A stretch of 64,000 nt of DNA, taken from a candidate division TA06 bacterium B3_TA06. Its GTDB lineage: Bacteria; Hydrothermota; Tepidihabitantia; B3-TA06. The stretch spans positions 1,836-65,835 of the forward strand of contig NJBO01000002.1 of assembly GCA_005223075.1 (NCBI GenBank). The letters run 5' to 3'. Shown in pieces: positions 1-9,443 of this stretch. Positions within the stretch are counted from its first letter, which is position 1. Each line of letters starts with the position of its first letter. Both the position numbers and the translations under genes were made by a program. The notes beneath the pieces were generated by a model. That model was not told the DNA's origin and searched no databases. It worked only from the letters and a program-made list of their open reading frames with translations.

Positions 1-728
1 ATGGAGAAGAAGCTGGTGCGTTCGGCACCTCCGTTCAGCAAACCCCTGATGGCGGATACATAATCGCTGGGTTTAAGGCAATCCCCGAGCCGCCTGATCA
101 CTGGGTGAAGTATGATTTTTGGCTCCTCAAGACGGATGAGAATGGAGATACTTTGTGGACACGCATCTACGACTGGGAAGAATCGGATCAAGCCCAAAGC
201 CTTGATCAAACAATGGACGGAGGATACATCATTGTCGGGTGGAAAGGTAACGCATCACCAACTGGTCTTGCCTATATGTGGTTGGCTAAAACCGACGAAG
301 CAGGCGATACCCTTTGGACGCGCACCTTTGGGGAGCGCAATGGTTCAGGTCAATGCGTTCATCAGACCCTTGACGGTGGCTACATCATCACCGGGGTGCT
401 GGATGGGAATCTTTGCCTGATCAAGACCGACTCTCTGGGCGATACCACCGAGGTCCCTACGGTTTCCGAGAGCCTACCTCTTGAAACTGAGACCAACTGG
501 CATATCGTTTCCTCCATTGGCCGCAGCATCGTTCTTCAATACAAAGACCTGCCCCAAGGCTTCCACGCATCAGTATTCGACGCCACAGGCCGCAGGGTGG
601 ATGAGATACACTCAGGCCAAGCGTCCGGGATCATCGCCTGGGGCGGAGGATACGAGCCTGGTGTTTACTTCATCAAGGCGATTTCAGATAATCCAAGCAC
701 GACTCGAAAGGTAATTCTAATCCAGTAA
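1..728 (+). CDS. Secreted repeat protein with T9SS-like C-terminal sorting domain (5' partial)
   Basis: Frame open from position 3; repeated QTxDGGYII / LxKTDxxGDTLWTR motifs; C-terminal SSIG..IVL.Y..P.GF.AS.FDATGR.VDEI..PGVYFI..RKVILI domain. Confidence 0.8.
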   Translation, partial: GEEAGAFGTSVQQTPDGGYIIAGFKAIPEPPDHWVKYDFWLLKTDENGDTLWTRIYDWEESDQAQSLDQTMDGGYIIVGWKGNASPTGLAYMWLAKTDEAGDTLWTRTFGERNGSGQCVHQTLDGGYIITGVLDGNLCLIKTDSLGDTTEVPTVSESLPLETETNWHIVSSIGRSIVLQYKDLPQGFHASVFDATGRRVDEIHSGQASGIIAWGGGYEPGVYFIKAISDNPSTTRKVILIQ

Positions 729-731
729 TAG

Positions 732-785
732 GCGGGCCGACCTGAGGCGAAACGCGCGGTCAAGATCGCGAACGTCGGTCCCTAC
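732..785 (-). repeat. GTAG-type REP with an insertion in its loop
   Basis: gcgggccgacctga[...]gtcggtccctac matches the REP at 36410-36437. Confidence 0.65.
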
Positions 786-894
786 AGTTTCACTCTGCGA
801 TCTTTTACCCTAAAGGGCACAAGTGTCCGAAGGAGAAAAGAAGCATTTAACGGGGCGCTCACAGGGGACGTCATGGAAAGGTAGAATAGGAGGA

Positions 895-2436
895 ATGATG
901 AAAAGACTATCCGTGATTTTAACTCTCACGGCTGCGATGCTAGGTTTTATTCCTTCACACCTGGCCGCAGCAGACGATGTAGTAGATACCCTGGGGTTCA
1001 TAGTGAAGACTCAAAACGCTGAAGCGCTAGAGGTGCTTGTTGAGGATAAAGGGCTGGAAATCGGCCCGCTGATTACGTATCCGAACCCTTCAGATGAAGT
1101 TCTTGAGGTGTTCGGGTGCTACTTCATCGTGACCATCCCCCAGGAATTACACTCGATTCAGAACAGCATCGTTGATGAGCTTGAAACCCTGCCAGGGGTT
1201 GAGTACGTGGAGCCGAACCTAAGTATACCGGTTGAACTTCATGTTGAGCAAGGAACTATGCAAGAGTCCTTTCAAAACCCATTCAACATGCCAGACACGT
1301 TCGACGACCCTTACACACCGAACGATCCTATGTTCCCGAACCAATACGGCCCACAGATTACCAAGGTAGATTGGGCGTGGAACCTCTCAACCGGCGAGGG
1401 TGTGAAGATAGCCATACTTGATGCCGGTTTCGATGTACATCATGAAGACTTGATTGATAACTTGGATCTAGAGAACGCTTACGACTTTACAGACGACGAT
1501 ACTATCGTTGATGGATTGCAACATGGAACTTGGGTTACAGGAATTGCAGGAGCAAAAATAGACAACGGTATCGGAATAGCCGGTGTTGCAGGTAACTCTT
1601 CTATTCTGCCTTTGCGTGTTATAGGGGGTAGCGGACAGTTGCATCCTTACCTTGTAAAAGCAATTATCTATGCGGCGGATAAAGAGGCAAGGGTGATTAG
1701 TATGAGTATAGGAACCATCGTCCCTTCCCAGACGACCGAGGATGCAATAGATTACGTCTGGGAGCGAGGGGTATTCGTATGTGCCAGCGCCGGCAACTCA
1801 AACAAAGATGAGCTTCCGTATCCCGCGAGCTACGGACACGTAATGTCGGTTGGAGGCACGGATTCGGAAGATGAAAGATGGGATGATGGTGATCATGGTT
1901 CAAATTTCGGATCAAACGTTGATGTCTATGCTCCGGCAGACTCGATCTTTACAACCGATCTGGACGATAGCTATGGATATCCATCATTCCCTTCCGGTAC
2001 TTCCTTTTCAGCTCCTCACGTTGCGGGTTTAGCTGCCTTGATATGGGACGTACATCCTGATTGGACAAACCAGCAGGTCTGGGACAAGATAATTGAAAGT
2101 GCAGACACCATAACCATTGACAAGGGCAAGGTACTGCGCATGAACGCCTGCAAAGCGCTGGATATAGTTCCCGGAATCACCGAACACCCAGTGGCAGAAA
2201 CGGCGGAATGGAAGGTACTCTCCTCGATTGGTCAGCGGATCGTCCTCAAGTACCATGATCTCCCTCAAGGTTTCCACGCCTCAATCTTCGACGCCACAGG
2301 ACGTAAGGTTGACGAGATAGAATCCCCGGCTCAAAAAGGGGTTTTGACTTGGGGAGAAAATCACAGCCCTGGCGTTTACTTCATTGTGCTTGGCGACAAA
2401 GAGGTGTCAGTCCAAAAGGTTATCCTGATAGAGTAA
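895..2436 (+). CDS. S8 (subtilisin-like) serine protease with C-terminal sorting domain
   Basis: Signal peptide after AGGAGG; triad motifs AILDAG, QHGTWVTG, SGTSFSAP; CTD. Confidence 0.92.
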   Translation: MMKRLSVILTLTAAMLGFIPSHLAAADDVVDTLGFIVKTQNAEALEVLVEDKGLEIGPLITYPNPSDEVLEVFGCYFIVTIPQELHSIQNSIVDELETLPGVEYVEPNLSIPVELHVEQGTMQESFQNPFNMPDTFDDPYTPNDPMFPNQYGPQITKVDWAWNLSTGEGVKIAILDAGFDVHHEDLIDNLDLENAYDFTDDDTIVDGLQHGTWVTGIAGAKIDNGIGIAGVAGNSSILPLRVIGGSGQLHPYLVKAIIYAADKEARVISMSIGTIVPSQTTEDAIDYVWERGVFVCASAGNSNKDELPYPASYGHVMSVGGTDSEDERWDDGDHGSNFGSNVDVYAPADSIFTTDLDDSYGYPSFPSGTSFSAPHVAGLAALIWDVHPDWTNQQVWDKIIESADTITIDKGKVLRMNACKALDIVPGITEHPVAETAEWKVLSSIGQRIVLKYHDLPQGFHASIFDATGRKVDEIESPAQKGVLTWGENHSPGVYFIVLGDKEVSVQKVILIE

Positions 2437-2595
2437 GAGATCAGCGAGCTGTGACAAAAGGGCAGGGGTATCCTTGAGAATCCAGGCACGGGAGTAATTC
2501 CAGGTGTTAAAATATCATTATATTCCCGGAGACAAAAACTGTGAATCAGGATGCCTTAACGGTCTTGGACAGTCTGCATTATACTCTTAATACCC

Positions 2596-2623
2596 TTGAC
2601 AGAATCTTTTATTGGACTATAAT
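2596..2623 (+). promoter_or_regulatory. sigma70-type promoter
   Basis: TTGACA-16 nt-TATAAT upstream of AAGGAGG and the ORF at 2650. Confidence 0.75.
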
Positions 2624-2649
2624 CCGTTACCAACCAAGGAGGAAGAATC

Positions 2650-3324
2650 GTGAAAAAATATCTTATCGCTCTAGCCCTTTTAATCCCCGTAATAGCCATG
2701 GCTGGCGAACTCAACATGGCTGTAACCGACGATTTCGTCAACTCGGTCAAGGCGGTTGAGGAGAATGTTGAGGAAGCCGGAGAGTTGTTGGACAACGCAG
2801 AGGAAACCTTCTACACCCTTGTCGACTTAATAGTAGAACTTCCCGAAATCAGCACTCCTAAAGAAGAAGTAATGGCGGTACTCGATAGCGCCACAAAGAA
2901 AAAGGACATAAAAGCCGCTGAGGAGCTTTACGAGAAGTACCTGGCGGAAACTGCGGCACGTGAAGAAGCATTCCTGGAACTGTGGAACAACAGCGAAACC
3001 AAACAAGGGATCGTAACCTACTTCAACAATCGCAAGGAGATAGCTCTTTCCATCAAGGAAGACGCACAGAAAGCCCTTGAGATAGATATACAGGCCTTCA
3101 AGGACCTCGCTGATCTACCAGAGAAATTCAAGGCTGCCTCAGAGGATATCGCCAACCAGGTCAAAGCAGATCCCACGGCCGCCTTTTCGGCCAAAAAGGT
3201 ACTCTCTGCGATAAAAGAAGCCAATGAATCCCTCAAAGCCACCAAGGAAAAGGCTACGCAACAGAAGGAAACCGCTGGGAAACTTCTGAACTGGCTGAAG
3301 GACCTGGTGAAGACGGAAGAATAG
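2650..3324 (+). CDS. Secreted helical/coiled-coil hypothetical protein
   Basis: Signal peptide ending AMA; E/K/A-rich helical sequence; RBS and promoter. Confidence 0.75.
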   Translation: MKKYLIALALLIPVIAMAGELNMAVTDDFVNSVKAVEENVEEAGELLDNAEETFYTLVDLIVELPEISTPKEEVMAVLDSATKKKDIKAAEELYEKYLAETAAREEAFLELWNNSETKQGIVTYFNNRKEIALSIKEDAQKALEIDIQAFKDLADLPEKFKAASEDIANQVKADPTAAFSAKKVLSAIKEANESLKATKEKATQQKETAGKLLNWLKDLVKTEE

Positions 3325-3433
3325 GGCCTTATCCGTTGAGAAAATCGAAAAGAGCGGGACTTTGGTCCCGCTTCTTCTTTAAGGATCTCATTTAAGATCA
3401 CCCCGCAGGGGGGCTATTGCTTGTTTCTAGGGT

Positions 3434-4765
3434 TTATGCGATCAAACCGCGCTCGCGCAGAAGCTTTGCAACCACCGCCTCAAGCTCGGGCAGCACCGCA
3501 TCGTCGAGATCGTAGTAGACCCGGGTTGAAGGCTTGGCGATCTCAATCACCTTCCGCAGATCAATCGGCGTACCGATAACCACCGTATCAGCAGGGACGG
3601 CGTCTATTGATGCCTTCATGTCATGAAGCTGTTCAGGACCGTAACCCAGGGCAGGCAGCAAGGGTGCTGTCTGGTTGTAGCGCTCAATCGTTTCCTTAAT
3701 CCGCCCCTTCGCGTAAGGGATGGGATCAACGATCTCAGCCGCCCCGAACTTCTTGGCGGCAATTGTTCCCGCACCTATCTTCATGCCGCCGTGGGTGAGC
3801 GTGGGGCCGTCCTCTACCACCACAACCCTCTTGCCGCGGATGAGACTCTCGTCCTCAACCTTAACCGGCGAGGCGGACCTGATGATTCTGGCCTTGGGGT
3901 TCAGGCGATTTGCCGCCTCTTCCACTTCCGCAATCTGTTCTGGTGTGGCGGAACCGATCTTGTTTATCAAAATCATATCAGCCATGCGGAAGTTCACCGC
4001 ACCCGGATAGTAGGTCTGCTCGTGACCGGCGCGCAAGGGATCGGCAAGCACGATGGCGAGATCAGGCCGATAGAAGGGGATGTCGTTGTTCCCGCCGTCC
4101 CAGATCACCAGCTGGAACTCCTTCTCGCACTCTGAAAGGATCGCGCCGTAGTCCACCCCAGCAAAAACGGTGCTGCCTGCCCGGATGTGCGGCTCGTACT
4201 CCTCGCGCTCCTCTACGGTGCAGTTGTGGCGGTCCATGTCCTCAATTGTATCAAAGCGCTGCACCGCCTGAGCGGCCAGATCACCGTAAGGCATGGGATG
4301 GCGCACCGCAGCGTAGCGGATCTCGTACTTGACAAGGATTTTGGCGACCGCACGCGAGGTTTGGGACTTGCCCGCACCGGTGCGCACAGCACACACAGAG
4401 ATCACCGGAAGCTTGGATGAGAGCATGGTGCTTTTCGGACCCATAAGCCTGAAGTCTGCACCTGCGGCAAGTACTGTAGATGCTCTATCCATCACATACT
4501 CGTGACTTACGTCGGAATAGGCAAACACAACCTCGTCCACATCATACTTCTTGATTAAATCAACCAACCTCTCCTCCGCCTCTATTCCTATCCCTTCAGG
4601 GTAAAGCGAACCTGCTAAACTCGAAGGATAACGACGGCCCTCGATCTCGGGAATCTGGGTTGCGGTGAACGCCACAACCTCGTAGTTCTCGTTGTTTCTG
4701 TAGCATACATTAAAGTTATGAAAGTCGCGTCCCGCAGCACCCATTATGATAACACGTTTGCGCAT
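3434..4765 (-). CDS. COG2403 P-loop protein (cyclic 2,3-diphosphoglycerate synthetase-like / arginine synthetase-like)
   Basis: GAAGRDFHNFN N-terminus, RTGAGKSQ Walker A, RHPMPYG, WDGGNND, EDGPTLTHGGM. Confidence 0.85.
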   Translation of the reverse strand: MRKRVIIMGAAGRDFHNFNVCYRNNENYEVVAFTATQIPEIEGRRYPSSLAGSLYPEGIGIEAEERLVDLIKKYDVDEVVFAYSDVSHEYVMDRASTVLAAGADFRLMGPKSTMLSSKLPVISVCAVRTGAGKSQTSRAVAKILVKYEIRYAAVRHPMPYGDLAAQAVQRFDTIEDMDRHNCTVEEREEYEPHIRAGSTVFAGVDYGAILSECEKEFQLVIWDGGNNDIPFYRPDLAIVLADPLRAGHEQTYYPGAVNFRMADMILINKIGSATPEQIAEVEEAANRLNPKARIIRSASPVKVEDESLIRGKRVVVVEDGPTLTHGGMKIGAGTIAAKKFGAAEIVDPIPYAKGRIKETIERYNQTAPLLPALGYGPEQLHDMKASIDAVPADTVVIGTPIDLRKVIEIAKPSTRVYYDLDDAVLPELEAVVAKLLRERGLIA

Positions 4766-4942
4766 GAAAACTCCTTTTTGAAATTCCAGAGATTGCCTGC
4801 TCGGATTCCAAGCATACGGATTAGAACCTGTTTGTCAACTCCTTGAGGAATTGTGGCCGTTTTTCCATTTAAGGACTTGAAAAATTGCCAAAACCGAGTA
4901 AGATTGTTGCAAGGAGCAATTCAAAGCAAAGAGAGGTGGTAA

Positions 4943-6328
4943 ATGGTATTATCGAGCCTTATACTGACATTAGTAGCAGGTGCAGGAAGCGGAGTGAGTT
5001 TCCATACTCAACTGCAGTATACACCTGCCCTACTGACCAAGGGGGAGGATTATGATCGAGACCCTTCCATTGAGGCGGTGATCAATCCCTACGACGCATA
5101 CTACTTCTCTCACAGGGTTTCAGCTAAGGTCGGTCTGGAGGCTTTCGGCGGGTGGGAGCTGCGGGCAATCGGATGTATCTCGCAGTCTATCATACCTCAT
5201 GCGTTTCATGTCGCGAGCTTTGACGATGGAACATACCCGCGGATTCCATACACGCTCTGGAGTTCCCGTGAGGTAAGCGTGGGCGGCGAGCTGGGACACG
5301 CCGTGCGATTCCGTAACGGAAAGGGGGATATTTACCTCGGCCTGGAGAGGGTTTGGACTGAGGTGCACGGCGAAGGGGTATTCTACCTGGATACAATAGT
5401 GGATACCTTCCCGATGTTTACCCACGGCAGCGGCATTCAAGGCCATATAGGCGTAAAGATCCCTCTGGTGACATTTGGTTGCTTTGCTCTTGGGATGAAT
5501 GCCCTGTTAATGGGAGGCAACATCCCTCAGATACCGGACAGCATCCCGGAAGGCTCGGTGTGGACAGGTGCTCACGGCCTTCCCAGGTGGGGATTCGGTG
5601 TGGGCTTAAGCCTTGGTTATGATTCCCGCAAGAATTTGGATTACCTGCCCGATTTAAGATTGAGACCTCATCTCAAGGACTCTTCTCGCCTGGTCCTGAA
5701 ACCGGCAAAGAGATGCTTTCTGCCTCCATGGATCATTCAGGGTGCTGCTTCCTGGGGCTGCGGGTTGGTGGGCGGCTCTCTGGCCAGCCTGGCTTCCCTG
5801 GCCTGGGGAGGAAACGGCATGGGGCTTGGGCTTAATATCTTCTCCTTGTGGACGGGCGACTATCCAGGCCAAAGGATCTCTGTTGCCGCCTGGAGCTACC
5901 TGGGGGTTCCTTGCGGGGCCATGCTGGGAACGGCCCTTGCCAGCAGAAGGGTTAAGCCGGGCGGCGACTGGCGGTGCGTTGCATTAGGAGCTCTAGCAGG
6001 TGACGTTCTCAGCTTTTCCATCGCCCAGGCCTATCTTCTTATCGCCGGCCCCCCTTGGCGCTACAGCCCTGAGGGAGCCCCTCCTCCCACAGGAAGAGGT
6101 AGTTCGACTTTCTACGGGGTGGTCTTGCCTTTGTGTTCTACCCTTCCGGCGATAGGCGCGGTTGTGGGTTATAACCTGAGTGTTCCCAAGGTCGAATCGC
6201 TGGAAGAAGACATGGGTTACCGACCCTCCTGGACCGAGCATTCAAGGGAGAGTTTTGTAAGTGAGTGGAATTCTTCACCTAGCAGCGAACCAACAATGAG
6301 GCTTACTTTACTGAGAGTGAGCTTCTAA
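4943..6328 (+). CDS. Hypothetical envelope/membrane protein
   Basis: 461-aa ORF with RBS, signal-like N-terminus, Gly-rich hydrophobic segments, terminal Phe. Confidence 0.6.
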   Translation: MVLSSLILTLVAGAGSGVSFHTQLQYTPALLTKGEDYDRDPSIEAVINPYDAYYFSHRVSAKVGLEAFGGWELRAIGCISQSIIPHAFHVASFDDGTYPRIPYTLWSSREVSVGGELGHAVRFRNGKGDIYLGLERVWTEVHGEGVFYLDTIVDTFPMFTHGSGIQGHIGVKIPLVTFGCFALGMNALLMGGNIPQIPDSIPEGSVWTGAHGLPRWGFGVGLSLGYDSRKNLDYLPDLRLRPHLKDSSRLVLKPAKRCFLPPWIIQGAASWGCGLVGGSLASLASLAWGGNGMGLGLNIFSLWTGDYPGQRISVAAWSYLGVPCGAMLGTALASRRVKPGGDWRCVALGALAGDVLSFSIAQAYLLIAGPPWRYSPEGAPPPTGRGSSTFYGVVLPLCSTLPAIGAVVGYNLSVPKVESLEEDMGYRPSWTEHSRESFVSEWNSSPSSEPTMRLTLLRVSF

Positions 6329-6618
6329 AAACCATCAAAAGTAAGGGGGAAGTGATGCTCACAAAAGGGTGCATCTTGGGTTTGACAAGCTGTCAAAAAT
6401 GTGTAGATTGTCATAAAGGGACATGACATGAATAGAAAGGTGTATATAGGAAGAGGTCCTCACACTCCCCGTTGTGATCTTTTAGTAGGATATACGTATA
6501 GGTGTATCGTGTTGGTGGGCAGTCCTTTGATAAAGAGTTTAACCCTAACCTGGAGGTGAACGGAACCTAAAACTGCAACTAAAAACCAATGTATAAACAA
6601 GCATGGAGGAGAAACAAA

Positions 6619-7803
6619 ATGTTTAGGAATAAACACCTCACAATCCTGAAGGCGCTTTGCGCCTTCCTCGTGCTCACTTTTTTCGTACCCGCGACACTTT
6701 ATGCCGCCGAAGGCGAGACCTGGATCGTCTTCGAGTGCAACCGACCCAACCCAGATGCGGAAGGCCGCACCTACTGGGATATCTGGAAGCTAGATCCGGA
6801 TGGAGATGGTTTACAATCAGACGATGGTCTCTTTGGTTTTGCATTAACTAATGACCCTAGCAACGAGTGGGATCCCACCTACTCGGTTGAGAATCAGACA
6901 GTGGTCTTCGTTTCTGATAGGAACGGCTGGCCCCATCTTTACAAGGTCAGCATAGACGGTGGATACTGGGAGGGATTTCTATTCGGGCAGTACTGCGCCG
7001 TTGACCCATGTTACAGCTTTGACGGCACCAGGATAGCCTACGCCTCCAACCAGAACGGTAACTGGGATATATACACAATGGATACGGACGGATACAATAA
7101 AACGCAGATTACCACAGACGCGGCGGATGACCGCAGCCCGTGTTTTTCCACTAATGGAAACAAGATATACTTCATCAGCAACCGGGATGCAGGGGCTATA
7201 GGCGACTGGGAGATATACGTGGTGAACAGCAGCGGGGGCACCGCAACCAAGGCGATAGTGAATGCTCAGGGCCAGCCGTTGCTTCTGGATTACACCGAAC
7301 ACGATCCCTGCTGCAGCCCTAATGATCCTGACATCATCGTCTTTGCCACTAACAAAGCCACGACAACTTACACTGAACCGGTGAACCGCATCAACTTCGA
7401 GTTGTTTAAGTATTCAATTTCCGGCAAAACTTTGATCCGCCTCACGGAAAGTTGGAATGATCCGGCTGGAGTATCAAAACAACTTTGGAACAGCTCTATG
7501 CCGTGCTTTTCGCCTGACGGCCAGCGCATCGCCTGGTCGGCTGATAACTGGACGAGACAAGGGTGGCAAGGTAATCTTCCTGAAAACCGTCCTTATAACA
7601 ACAGTTTCTGGAAACCTGATTTTGACCAAGGTTCTATTCACCAGATCTGGACATGCGAACTCGATCATATAAATAATGACCATTACTACTTTCCACCTTC
7701 ATTTTGGGGGTGGGAAAACGGACCTGTCGGCGTTGGATATGGTGATCATAAAGGTCATCAGCACCACAAGCACTACAACCCTTCTTGGGATAACCAACCA
7801 TAG
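6619..7803 (+). CDS. TolB-like beta-propeller (PD40 repeats) with His-rich C-terminus
   Basis: GGAGG RBS; repeats DP.YS/SP.FSPDG..IA; ends GHQHHKHYNPSWDNQP. Confidence 0.82.
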   Translation: MFRNKHLTILKALCAFLVLTFFVPATLYAAEGETWIVFECNRPNPDAEGRTYWDIWKLDPDGDGLQSDDGLFGFALTNDPSNEWDPTYSVENQTVVFVSDRNGWPHLYKVSIDGGYWEGFLFGQYCAVDPCYSFDGTRIAYASNQNGNWDIYTMDTDGYNKTQITTDAADDRSPCFSTNGNKIYFISNRDAGAIGDWEIYVVNSSGGTATKAIVNAQGQPLLLDYTEHDPCCSPNDPDIIVFATNKATTTYTEPVNRINFELFKYSISGKTLIRLTESWNDPAGVSKQLWNSSMPCFSPDGQRIAWSADNWTRQGWQGNLPENRPYNNSFWKPDFDQGSIHQIWTCELDHINNDHYYFPPSFWGWENGPVGVGYGDHKGHQHHKHYNPSWDNQP

Positions 7804-7811
7804 GAGAAGAG

Positions 7812-9101
7812 ATGGTCAAACGTTTATTCTCATATCTTGCTCTGCTTGCAGTTTCATTAACTCCCTCAATTAGTTATGCTTCTTGGGAAATTCTTGACTT
7901 ACCTACCGACCGGGGTTTCGGCGCTATCTGGGCAATAGACGAGCAAACCATCTTTGTTTCGGGACATCAAGGACTCTGGAAGGCATTCGACGGCGCAACT
8001 TGGTCAATAGATAGCGGTTACCAGTCAAACATGATCTATTTTGTTGATGATACCTTGGGGTTCCTTAGTGGTAAGACCCTTACAACTGATGGCGGCAGAA
8101 CATGGCAGAAAGGTGATACAGTTAATGGTCATGGAATCCAACAAATCTTTTTCCCACCGGGGCAAAGTTCTTTGGGGTACGGTGTCCCTTACTTAGGGAA
8201 TATCCGGAAAACTGAAGATGGCGGCTGGCATTGGGAAGTCTTACCTACTTTTCCCGACATTTTTCCCACCAGCGATGAAGAAGTTCATACGTCACACATT
8301 TGTTTTCCAAGTGATCCCGATACCGGCTATTTAACCGCCGAGATATGGCAGATCATTTCTCTTGATCCATTTGAAGCAGAAACGTACCACAGCTACTTCA
8401 AAACCACGGACGGCGGGCAGAGCTGGGTTTTGAGCGGGGAAGGGCTTTGGAACGACGAATTCAAACCTTATCTCGTTGACTTTCCACAGAACCCAAGCAC
8501 AGGCTATATGGCTGGCTATGGTAAAGTATTCAAGACCACCGACGGCGGTGAAACCTGGGATACGATTTTCATAACCTCTGAAAGTTACCCTAACATCTAC
8601 GACATCTGCTTTCCTGAAACTGACCAGGTAGGCTATGTTCTGAACGACACGATGGTTCACAAAACCACTGATGGAGGTAAGGCCTGGCGAACGTTCGGGC
8701 TGGGCAAGGACACCGTTTTCCTGCGTTGTCATTTTCTCAACAACTTGGTAGGCTTCATCTCAGGCACCGGCACCACCGCCTACAATCTCCTTTACACCCC
8801 CGGCTTCGTCCTCAAGACCACCGATGGGCTTTTAGGGATAGCGGAAGAGGATTGGGTTGAGGTTGAACCTTCGGACATCAAGGTTATTTCCTCAATCGGT
8901 CACTCGATCGTCCTGTGTTACTCCAACTGTCCCCAGGGCTTCCACGCTTCCATCTACGACCCCTGTGGCCGCAAGGTTGACGAGTTGCACTCAAGTCTGA
9001 CTGAGGGCACCCTCACCTGGGGGGAAGGTGCGCCTTCCGGGGTTTACTTCATCCAGGCCAGTAGTGGCAATCCTGCTGTTCGAGTAGTAATCGTGCGATA
9101 G
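7812..9101 (+). CDS. YCF48/BNR-repeat propeller protein with CTD
   Basis: Multiple KTTDGG.TW repeats, signal peptide, CTD. Confidence 0.85.
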   Translation: MVKRLFSYLALLAVSLTPSISYASWEILDLPTDRGFGAIWAIDEQTIFVSGHQGLWKAFDGATWSIDSGYQSNMIYFVDDTLGFLSGKTLTTDGGRTWQKGDTVNGHGIQQIFFPPGQSSLGYGVPYLGNIRKTEDGGWHWEVLPTFPDIFPTSDEEVHTSHICFPSDPDTGYLTAEIWQIISLDPFEAETYHSYFKTTDGGQSWVLSGEGLWNDEFKPYLVDFPQNPSTGYMAGYGKVFKTTDGGETWDTIFITSESYPNIYDICFPETDQVGYVLNDTMVHKTTDGGKAWRTFGLGKDTVFLRCHFLNNLVGFISGTGTTAYNLLYTPGFVLKTTDGLLGIAEEDWVEVEPSDIKVISSIGHSIVLCYSNCPQGFHASIYDPCGRKVDELHSSLTEGTLTWGEGAPSGVYFIQASSGNPAVRVVIVR

Positions 9102-9110
9102 GAGGAGGAT

Positions 9111-9437
9111 ATGCTTTGGAACAGTTCGATGCCGTGCTTTTCGCCTGACGGCCAGCGCATAGCATGGTCGGCTGATAACTGGACAAGACAAGGTTGGCAA
9201 TATGAGAAAAATCCCGATGGTTCCTATCCCAAGAGTTACTGGAAACCTGATGGGGGGCAAGGTTCTGTTCATCAAATCTGGACTCGAAGGCTGGACCAGC
9301 CTGATCACCACTATTGGTTCCCGCCTTCTTACTGGGGATGGAACGACGACGAACAGGAACCATGGCCTTGGGGGCCACCAGGGCCGGGCCATCAGCACCA
9401 CAAACATTACAACCCATCGTGGGATGAGCAGCCATAG
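9111..9437 (+). CDS. Stand-alone copy of the TolB-like protein C-terminal module
   Basis: Own AGGAGG RBS and ATG; 29 aa identical to the module starting at 7483; same His-rich tail. Confidence 0.7.
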   Translation: MLWNSSMPCFSPDGQRIAWSADNWTRQGWQYEKNPDGSYPKSYWKPDGGQGSVHQIWTRRLDQPDHHYWFPPSYWGWNDDEQEPWPWGPPGPGHQHHKHYNPSWDEQP

Positions 9438-9443
9438 GAGGAG

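Noticed and set aside
6428..6560. Short ORF upstream of the TolB-like gene
   Set aside because: Weak RBS, no recognisable features and no supporting evidence.
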